From assembly GCA_017428025.1 (NCBI GenBank), contig JAFRRO010000021.1, positions 11,752-75,751 of the forward strand: a stretch of 64,000 nucleotides of DNA. Reading direction: 5' to 3'. The stretch is from Clostridia bacterium. GTDB lineage: Bacteria; Bacillota; Clostridia; Christensenellales; CAG-138. Below, piece by piece: positions 1 through 6,852 of this stretch. The stretch's first letter is position 1, and each line of letters begins with the position of its first letter. The notes beneath the pieces are model-generated. The model did no database searches and was not told the DNA's origin. It saw only the letters and a program-made list of their open reading frames with translations. The translations under genes and the position numbers were made by a program.

Positions 1-965
1 GTGTAGTCCGATTGCTCGAAGCCGCTGTACTTCGGCACCGTGGAGCGGACCATCGAGCAAGCTTCCGGCGCTTTGGACAGCGCCCACATGCAGTAGGAGA
101 TGTGTTCCCGCTCCAACAGCGCGATCCATTGATCGGCGCTCTCCGTGTCACGCGGGAATCCGCCGCTCGACGCCGTGATGCCGAACTCGGATACGAAGAT
201 CGGAAGTCCCGCTTTGCTTGCCGCTTCCGTCATATCGCGCACGTCCTGTCCGTGCGTGGCGGCATAGAAATGCAGGGTGTACAGGATATTGTCGAATGCC
301 AGCGGATCGGCGGCGACGCTTTTGAGGTCCTTCGACCAGTCCGGATTGCCGACGATGACGACGGAATCCGGATCCTTCTCACGGATCACGGGGATGACCG
401 CCTCGGCATAGCTTCTGACCGTCTGCCAGTCCACGCCGTTCGGCTCGTTGCAGATCTCGTACAGCACATTGTCTGAGTCGCGGTACGTCTCCGCCATCTT
501 CGCAAAGAACGCCTTTGCATCGTCGAGATAGGTGTTGGGATCGCCGTCGCTCAGAATGTGCCAGTCGATCAGCGCGTACATATCGTGCGCCTTTGCAAAC
601 GCCACGCCCTTTGCAACGTTTTCCTCGTACCGCTGCCGGTCGCCCTTCGTGCAGTAGCCGATCACGCCGACGCCGTAGGTGTAGACGGCGAGCCGAACGA
701 GATTGACGCCGTGATCCTCCGAAAGCTCGCGGAACAGGTCGTCGTTCAGAAAGGACTCGACCGTGATGAGATCGTGCGTGCTCACGCCGCGAAGCATGAC
801 GCCCTCCCCGCTTTCGGAACACAGCTTGCCGTCGACCACGCGAAGTCTGCCGCAGGAGGAAGGACGTGCCCTGCCGTCTTCGACCGCGTTCGACGCGCCG
901 TTTGGCGCGCAGGCAAGCGACGCGAGCAGGCAGATCGCAAGCAAGAGAGACCATAGCTTTTTCAT
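1..965 (-). CDS. Glycoside hydrolase family 5 endoglucanase-like, secreted. The 5' end is in the window and the C-terminus runs off the left edge.
   Basis: Absent from the ORF track because it has no stop in the window. Hand translation from the ATG at 965-963 gives MKKLWSLLLAICLLASLACAPNG (signal peptide). GH5 acid/base motif YEICNEPNG (Y codon 461-459) and nucleophile motif FVSEFG (F codon 197-195) are both in frame. No in-frame stop down to position 1. Confidence 0.8.
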   Translation of the reverse strand, partial: MKKLWSLLLAICLLASLACAPNGASNAVEDGRARPSSCGRLRVVDGKLCSESGEGVMLRGVSTHDLITVESFLNDDLFRELSEDHGVNLVRLAVYTYGVGVIGYCTKGDRQRYEENVAKGVAFAKAHDMYALIDWHILSDGDPNTYLDDAKAFFAKMAETYRDSDNVLYEICNEPNGVDWQTVRSYAEAVIPVIREKDPDSVVIVGNPDWSKDLKSVAADPLAFDNILYTLHFYAATHGQDVRDMTEAASKAGLPIFVSEFGITASSGGFPRDTESADQWIALLEREHISYCMWALSKAPEACSMVRSTVPKYSGFEQSDY

Positions 966-1005
966 GTGAGCGCCCTCCTTGTCCCGGTTGATGCTTTCAA
1001 GTTTA

Positions 1006-1797
1006 TCATATCCGTTCGATATGCGCAACGGGCTCCGCGCCGTTTTCGGAGTGCGCCCTCCAGAATGCGAGCGCGTGCGCAAACCACGGCTCGGCTGTTG
1101 TCCCCTTCGCAAGCCCGACGCCGTGTCCGACGCCTTCGAACTGTTCGGCGACATGCGGCACGCCCGCGGCCCGCAGCGCGGCTTCCAGCATACGGCTGTT
1201 TTTCGGATCGACCGAAGCGTCCGCGGTTCCGTTCCAGACGTACGTCGGCGGAAAGTCCTTCGGGATGTGCCGTTCGAGACTGAGCCGCTCGATCAGCGCC
1301 GGATCGGGCTGCCTGCCGAGCAGGTTTTCGCGGCTTCTTGCGTGCGTGCCCTCCCCCATCGTGATCACCGGATAGACGAGAATCAGCGCGTTCGGTCTCG
1401 GCACATCCGGCGATTCCGCCCAGATGCCCGCGGCAAGGTGTCCGCCCGCCGAAGAACCCCAGAGCGACCAGTCGGACGGATCGAGGTTCCACGCATCGGC
1501 ATGCGCAAAGACGTCGCGGATCGCGCGCAGAAGGTCCTGCTGCGGCGCAGGGTACCGCGCCTTTTTGCCGATGCGGTAATACGCGACGATCGCATGATAC
1601 CCCGCCGCGTTCAGCGCTTTTGCGAACGGCATCCCCTCGACATAGGAGCAGACCATGCCGTACGCACCGCCCGGGCAGATCAGCGCAAACGGATGCTTTT
1701 TGCCGTCCCTGACAAGATACGGCCTGAGCCCGTACCGGTTCGGTCTCCAGTAGTCATGGATCGATTGCAGCAATTCCGAACATTCTTTCATAGACAA
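1006..1797 (-). CDS. Alpha/beta-hydrolase fold esterase (acetyl-esterase/lipase-like)
   Basis: 263-aa ORF with nucleophile elbow GSSAGG and HGVG near the C-terminus. The first codon is TTG and the first ATG is at 1791, so the start is uncertain. Confidence 0.75.
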   Translation of the reverse strand: MSMKECSELLQSIHDYWRPNRYGLRPYLVRDGKKHPFALICPGGAYGMVCSYVEGMPFAKALNAAGYHAIVAYYRIGKKARYPAPQQDLLRAIRDVFAHADAWNLDPSDWSLWGSSAGGHLAAGIWAESPDVPRPNALILVYPVITMGEGTHARSRENLLGRQPDPALIERLSLERHIPKDFPPTYVWNGTADASVDPKNSRMLEAALRAAGVPHVAEQFEGVGHGVGLAKGTTAEPWFAHALAFWRAHSENGAEPVAHIERI

Positions 1798-1941
1798 GCG
1801 GTTGCAGCCTTTCTCTGCAATTTCAGTTTACCACAACCGCAGGAGCGATGCAATCGCGGATATTGCGCGTATTTTTTCGCTTCCGTTTGCGGCGCGGATG
1901 TGGTATACTGACGATACATGCAGAAGGAGCAAGGACGCAAG

Positions 1942-2925
1942 ATGAAAAACGTGCTCATTTACGGAACGCTCGGTCCGGCGTGCGTGAACGTCGAAACGCT
2001 CAGACAGATGTTTGCGGAAGGGATGGACGGCATGCGGCTGAATCTGTCGCACACGACGCTCGAACAGGCAAGCGGACTTCTGGAAGCGTTTCACCGCGCC
2101 GCGGACGCGTCCGGCGTCAGACCGGAGCTTTTGATCGATATGCAGGGACCGGAACTGCGCATCGGCAGGCTGGATGCGCCGGTTCTGCTGCGCGACGGAG
2201 ATGTGCTCAAAGCGGATACGCTGCCGTTTCCGGTCGAGGTGCATCATGCGCTGAAAAATGCAGCGCCCGGGCAGGAACTGCTGCTCGACGACGGAAAGAT
2301 CCTGCTGAAAACGGAAACGCCCGACCGGCTGATCACAGTGCGCGGCGGACGCCTCGAGAGCCGCAAAAGCGTCGCGCTGCCCGGCTGCGCCGTTTGTCCG
2401 CCCGCGATGACGGAAGCGGACCGCACGCACATCAAGCAGGCAAAGTCGTTCGGCGTGACGGCGGTGATGCAGCCCTTTGTACGCGGCAAAGACGATCTGC
2501 AAGCAGTGCGTTGTGCGCTCGATTCGGCAGGCGCCGCGGATATCCGGCTGTTTGCGAAGGTCGAGAACCTTGCGGGGATCGCGCATCTTGCCGAACTGAT
2601 CCCGCATTGCGACGAAATCGTGATCGCGCGGGGCGACCTCGGCAACGCCATGCCGCTTTGGGAGCTTCCGGCAGCGCAGAAGCGCATCGCTGCGGCATGC
2701 CGCGAGGCGGGCCGGGATTTCATGGTGGTGACGCAGATGCTTGACTCCATGATGCGCCGGCAGGTTCCGACGCGCGCGGAGGTCTCCGACATCTTCAACG
2801 CCGTACTGGACGGCGCTGCTTCCGTGATGGTGACCGGCGAAACGGCCTCGGGCGAATACCCCGTCGCCGCGATCCGGTATCTTTGCAAAACGGTGCGCGA
2901 AGCGGAAGCGTATCGAAACGCCTGA
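1942..2925 (+). CDS. Pyruvate kinase family protein, short form (A+B domains, no C-terminal domain)
   Basis: Motifs LIYGTLGP, MRLNLSH, MQGPELRIG, FAKVEN, VIARGDLG, VVTQMLDSM..PTRAEVSD..NAVLDGA..M..GETA. Start placed at MKNVLIY (1942) behind GAAGGAG; the ORF opens at 1918. It ends about 140 aa earlier than canonical PKs of about 470 aa. Confidence 0.75.
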   Translation: MKNVLIYGTLGPACVNVETLRQMFAEGMDGMRLNLSHTTLEQASGLLEAFHRAADASGVRPELLIDMQGPELRIGRLDAPVLLRDGDVLKADTLPFPVEVHHALKNAAPGQELLLDDGKILLKTETPDRLITVRGGRLESRKSVALPGCAVCPPAMTEADRTHIKQAKSFGVTAVMQPFVRGKDDLQAVRCALDSAGAADIRLFAKVENLAGIAHLAELIPHCDEIVIARGDLGNAMPLWELPAAQKRIAAACREAGRDFMVVTQMLDSMMRRQVPTRAEVSDIFNAVLDGAASVMVTGETASGEYPVAAIRYLCKTVREAEAYRNA

Positions 2926-2930
2926 AAAGG

Positions 2931-2958
2931 AAAAGGACACCAACTCGGTGTCCTTTTT
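2931..2958. terminator. Bidirectional intrinsic terminator between the pyk-like gene and rhaD
   Basis: aaaaGGACACC-aactc-GGTGTCCttttt, a 7-bp GC stem flanked by an A-run and a T-run. Confidence 0.7.
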
Positions 2959-2970
2959 GCTGCATTCGTT

Positions 2971-3783
2971 TCAGTCCAGATACCCTTCGCGGGCTTTGAC
3001 GTTAAAGTGTTCTTCGAGCTCGTGCATCTGTTCGTCGGTGATCGTATTGACGAGCGGCAGATGCGCAATCTTCATGTAGATTTCCGCAGCCTTTTCGGCG
3101 GTCTCGATCAGCCCGAAGGTCTCGTCAAGGTCCTTGCCCGCGCCGTAGATGCCGTGCTGCGCCCAGACGACAAGCCTTGCGGTTTCCATCTTCTTTGCGG
3201 TGGCTTCGCCGATCTCGTTGGTGCCGCAGAGCATCCAGGGCAGCACGTTCACACCGTCCGGGAAGACCACGATGCATTCGGTGCACATCTGCCAGAGTGT
3301 GCGCGTGAACGCGCGTTCGTCGAGATCGTGCACGTAGGTCATGGCTAAAAGGTTTGCCGGATGGCAGTGCATGACGACACGGTTTTCGGGATTGACCCGC
3401 ATACGAGCGACGTGGCTCATCATATGCGCGGGAAACTCCGAGGTGAATCTGCCGCCGTCGGTAAAGCCCCACAAAAGCTCGGCTTTGGTGCCGTTTTCGA
3501 CCAAACGAACGATACCGAGGTTGTTCGCGGGATCGTATTGCACATTTTTGAAATACTTGCCCGTGCCGGTGACAAGAAAGATTTTTCCGTTCAGTTCGGG
3601 CGCTTCAAAGCCGGTCAGGATGGTGCGTAAAACATGGTTGAGATCGAGATATTCCCCCGCCTCCGCTTCATCGAGCAGCAAACTGATATTGCCGCCGTTG
3701 CGCTCGTCCCAGCCGTGGTTGTACATGTTCGTCGTTGTGCGGATCATTTCGATCAAAAACGGTGCGTTCAGAATGTCTTTCAT
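2971..3783 (-). CDS. rhaD: Rhamnulose-1-phosphate aldolase
   Basis: N-terminus ..MIRTTTNMYNHGWDERNGGNISLLL matches the RhaD class II aldolase signature (GWDERNGGN). Start set at MKD (3783), 8 nt after GAAAGGA; the ORF opens at 3819. Confidence 0.9.
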   Translation of the reverse strand: MKDILNAPFLIEMIRTTTNMYNHGWDERNGGNISLLLDEAEAGEYLDLNHVLRTILTGFEAPELNGKIFLVTGTGKYFKNVQYDPANNLGIVRLVENGTKAELLWGFTDGGRFTSEFPAHMMSHVARMRVNPENRVVMHCHPANLLAMTYVHDLDERAFTRTLWQMCTECIVVFPDGVNVLPWMLCGTNEIGEATAKKMETARLVVWAQHGIYGAGKDLDETFGLIETAEKAAEIYMKIAHLPLVNTITDEQMHELEEHFNVKAREGYLD

Positions 3784-3859
3784 AATCATATTCCTTTCAT
3801 GCGCCTCAGCGCAATTCATTGATCCGCGAAAAGCTCTACGCTTTTCTGCGTGTTCTCCT

Positions 3860-4066
3860 CATCCGTCGCCTTCGGCGACACCTTCCCCAAATCACGGGGA
3901 AGGCTTTTGGTTGTACTTCCGTCCTGTTCCGTTCCGAGATCCTTCGGGCTTTGCCCTCAGGATGACTCTGAAAGATGTGCGGGTTCCCCTATCCTGTCAT
4001 CCTGAGCATGGTACGCGCGGGAAGCGCGCGAATTACCGCTGTAACGAAGTGGAATGCGAAGGATCT
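3860..4066. repeat. Cluster of REP/MITE-like hairpin elements in the rhaA-rhaD intergenic region
   Basis: Type A in inverted order at 3865-3903 (gtcgcc-ttc-ggcgac, then ccttcccc-aaatcac-ggggaagg). Type B at 3931-3966 (gttccgagatccttcg..ctcaggatgac). Inverted type B at 3996-4066 (gtcatcctgag ... cgaaggatct) enclosing one copy of the 55-bp unit seen at 42602-42876. Confidence 0.85.
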
Positions 4067-4123
4067 CAGAGCGCAAGAATGCTTGACTGTTCCGAATAGC
4101 TGTCAAAAATCTGTTGCGAAGGC

Positions 4124-5374
4124 TTACCTGCGGGATGCAAGGACTTCCTTTTCGTATGCTTCGATCTCCGGATACCATGCGCCGTCGACGGGCTTATGGC
4201 ATCTCTTACAATACTCGTTCCACACCTCGCCGAACGGCAGGGTCTTGAGCTCCTCCTGCATTGCCATGAGCTTACTGAAATTGCCGCAATCCTGCAGGGC
4301 TTTTAAGCTCTCATTCGGCTGCAGCAGCGCAAACAGCAACGCCTTCTGCACATTGCGGAAGCCGGTCACCCACGCGGAGATGCGGTTGATCGAGGCGTCG
4401 AAATAGTCGAGCGCAATGTGCACGCGATCGAGCCCGCAGCGTACGATCTCGCGTGCAATCTCCCGTGTCTCGTCGTCGAACAGCACCACATGATCGCTGT
4501 CCCAACGGATCGGGCGCGTCACGTGCAGCGCAATTTCCGGGAAGAACGCCAAAAGAGCGGGAATCTTGTCGGAGACCACTTCGGTCGGGTGATAATGCCC
4601 GTTGTCCATCAGCGGGATGCACCTGTCGCGGTTCATCGCGGCGTAGGAAAGCGCGAACTCGCCCGAACCCACGGTGTACGCCTCGACGCCGATGCCGAAG
4701 ACCTTCGATTCGATGCACGGCTTGACTTTGGTAAAATCATACGGCTCGGAGAGGATTTCGTCAATACTCTCGCGATAGCGCACGCGCGGTCCCATGCGGT
4801 CGGCGGGAATGTCCTTGAAGCCGTCGCCGGTCCAGATGTTCATCACGCACGGTTCGCCCAGTTCTTCCGCAAGATAACTCGAAATGCGGATACACGCCCT
4901 GCCGTGCTCGATCCAGAAGCGGCGGGTCTCCGCGTTGGGGCTTGAAAGCGTCAGCGGATCGCAGTTCGGATGGGAGAAGAAAGTCGGGTTGAAGTCGCAG
5001 CCGAGACCGCGATCCTTGCAGAACCGCACCCATTTTTCAAAATGCTTCGGCTCCAGCTTGTCGCGGTCCGCCCATGCGCCGTCCTCGAAGATCGCGTAGC
5101 TTGCGTGCAGGTTCATCTTGGGCTTGCCGGGAATCAGCGAAAGGACCTTATCGAGGTCCGCCATCAGCTCGTCGGGCGTGCGCGCTCTGCCCGGGTAGTT
5201 GCCGGTCGTCTGAATGCCGCCGGTCAGGGGTTTATTCGGGTCGGTGTCGAATCCGCGCACGTCGTCGCCCTGCCAGCAATGCAGGGAAACCGGCACGGTC
5301 TTTAAGGTCTCAATCGCTGTTTCTGCATCCACGCCGTATGCGGCGTAGGCATTCTTTGCTTCCTGATAACTCAT
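4124..5374 (-). CDS. rhaA: L-rhamnose isomerase
   Basis: MSYQEAKNAYAAYGVD..VSLHCWQGDDV..; a 416-aa product typical of RhaA. Start at M50 of the track ORF, preceded by AGGAGG. The upstream 49 codons lie in repeat elements. Confidence 0.9.
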   Translation of the reverse strand: MSYQEAKNAYAAYGVDAETAIETLKTVPVSLHCWQGDDVRGFDTDPNKPLTGGIQTTGNYPGRARTPDELMADLDKVLSLIPGKPKMNLHASYAIFEDGAWADRDKLEPKHFEKWVRFCKDRGLGCDFNPTFFSHPNCDPLTLSSPNAETRRFWIEHGRACIRISSYLAEELGEPCVMNIWTGDGFKDIPADRMGPRVRYRESIDEILSEPYDFTKVKPCIESKVFGIGVEAYTVGSGEFALSYAAMNRDRCIPLMDNGHYHPTEVVSDKIPALLAFFPEIALHVTRPIRWDSDHVVLFDDETREIAREIVRCGLDRVHIALDYFDASINRISAWVTGFRNVQKALLFALLQPNESLKALQDCGNFSKLMAMQEELKTLPFGEVWNEYCKRCHKPVDGAWYPEIEAYEKEVLASRR

Positions 5375-5394
5375 TTTCCTTCCTCCTGATATTC

Positions 5395-5545
5395 TTTCAT
5401 GACGCCGCGGGCGTCCGTTCTTTACAACCCTTCCGTCAGGCTTCGCCTGCCACCTCCCCTTACACAGGGGAGGCAAATTGTTTGCGTGTTTTGGGCTCCC
5501 CTGTGCAAGGGGAGCTGTCACCGTCAGGTGACTGAGGGGTTGTCC
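5395..5545. repeat. Composite REP-like element (type A) between rhaB and rhaA
   Basis: Hairpins gacgcc-gcg-ggcgtc (5401-5415), cctcccct-tacac-aggggagg (5453-5473), ctcccct-gtgca-aggggag and gtcacc-gtca-ggtgac. Positions 5494-5543 are 50/50 identical to 57878-57927. The element supplies the last codons and the stop of rhaB. Confidence 0.85.
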
Positions 5546-6852
5546 GCCCTCATTTGCACCTTGAGATTTCCCAGTGCCGTTGCCTCGATCGGCAGGGCGA
5601 GCACCGTTTTGCCGGTTGCTTCTTCGGTCAGGCGGTTCAAAAAGCCGTTCTTCGCGCCGCCGCCGACGATGTAGAGTTTGTCGTAGGTTCTTTGGGTGTT
5701 GCGTTCCAGTTCCTCGATCGCCTGCTTGTAGGAGAGCGCCAGAGACCGGTACGCGCAGCGGAAATAGTCGCCCGCGGTCTGCGGCTTCTGCTTCAGCGCT
5801 GCGTCGAATGCGGCTTGCATGGATTCCGGCGCAAGGAACATTTTGGCATTGGCGTCAACCGTTTCGTCGAATGCGCTTGCCTCTGCTTCCGCCGTGATCT
5901 CGCTCCACGGTTTTTCGGGGCACAGCTCCGCGCGCAGGCGGTTAGGTAGCCACATGCCCATGATGTTCTTCTGATAGCGGTTGTAGCCGACGCCGCCCTC
6001 GTTGGACCAGTTGGCGGCTTCGCTTGCTTCATCCGTGATCGGCTTCGGCGTCTTGACGCCGAGCAGCGACCATGTGCCGGAGGAAATATACGGGTTTGCG
6101 TTCAGAGATCCTTCGTCGCGTTGCTCCTCAGGATGACATGCGGGCGCGTCCATCGGGATCCCCTCGACCGCGCTGCCGGTGTCGTGCGTGGCGCAAAGGA
6201 TGACCTTGATACCCTCATACATGCCGATCGCCGTTCCCGGCTGCTGCAGCTTATGGAACAAATGCTTCGGCAGCCACAGAGCTTCTATGATCTTGGGATC
6301 GTACTCCCCGGTCTCGGCGTTCACCATCCCGCCGGTGGTGGCGTTGGTGTATTCGTGGCTTTTCACGCCGCAGAGCCGGTACATGAGGTATTCCGGGATC
6401 ATCAGAAAATCGGTCGCGCCTTCGAGCCGCCCCGCTTCCTTGTCCGCAAACAGCTGATAGACCGTATTGAACGGCTGAAACTGGATGCCGGTGCGGCGAT
6501 AGAGCGCGGAAAACGGCATCTTTTTATGTACCTTTTCGATCACCGCTTCCGTGCGATGATCGCGGTAGGCGTAAACCGGATAGATCGTCTCCTCGCCGTT
6601 CAGCAGCACATAGTCCACACCCCAGGTGTCGATACTGAGACTTTCGATTTCGTACCGTTCCCGGGCGATCGCAATGCCGTGCTTCACATGATCGAGCAGC
6701 GCGTCGATGTCCCAAGTAAGATGTCCGCCGGATTCCGTGACGCCGTTCGGGAAGCGGCAGACCTCGTCGGTCTGCCACTGTCCGTTTTCGAGCCAACCCA
6801 CAATATGCCGTCCGCTCGACGCGCCGATGTCAATGGCAAGATAGCGCTTCAT
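5524..6852 (-). CDS. rhaB: Rhamnulokinase
   Basis: MKRYLAIDIGASSGRHIVG, CATHDTGSAV, YISSGTWSLLG, NEGG, VGGGAKN: FGGY kinase/RhaB motifs. ATGA overlap with the upstream GH78 gene. Confidence 0.9.
   Translation of the reverse strand: MKRYLAIDIGASSGRHIVGWLENGQWQTDEVCRFPNGVTESGGHLTWDIDALLDHVKHGIAIARERYEIESLSIDTWGVDYVLLNGEETIYPVYAYRDHRTEAVIEKVHKKMPFSALYRRTGIQFQPFNTVYQLFADKEAGRLEGATDFLMIPEYLMYRLCGVKSHEYTNATTGGMVNAETGEYDPKIIEALWLPKHLFHKLQQPGTAIGMYEGIKVILCATHDTGSAVEGIPMDAPACHPEEQRDEGSLNANPYISSGTWSLLGVKTPKPITDEASEAANWSNEGGVGYNRYQKNIMGMWLPNRLRAELCPEKPWSEITAEAEASAFDETVDANAKMFLAPESMQAAFDAALKQKPQTAGDYFRCAYRSLALSYKQAIEELERNTQRTYDKLYIVGGGAKNGFLNRLTEEATGKTVLALPIEATALGNLKVQMRADNPSVT
6116..6148. repeat. Type B REP-like element embedded in frame in the rhaB coding sequence
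   Basis: agatccttcgtcgc-gttgctcc-tcaggatgaca matches 58937-58970 (14/14 and 11/11 at the two ends). It encodes CHPEEQRDEGS, between the conserved THDT..SAV and YISSGTW motifs. Confidence 0.75.
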
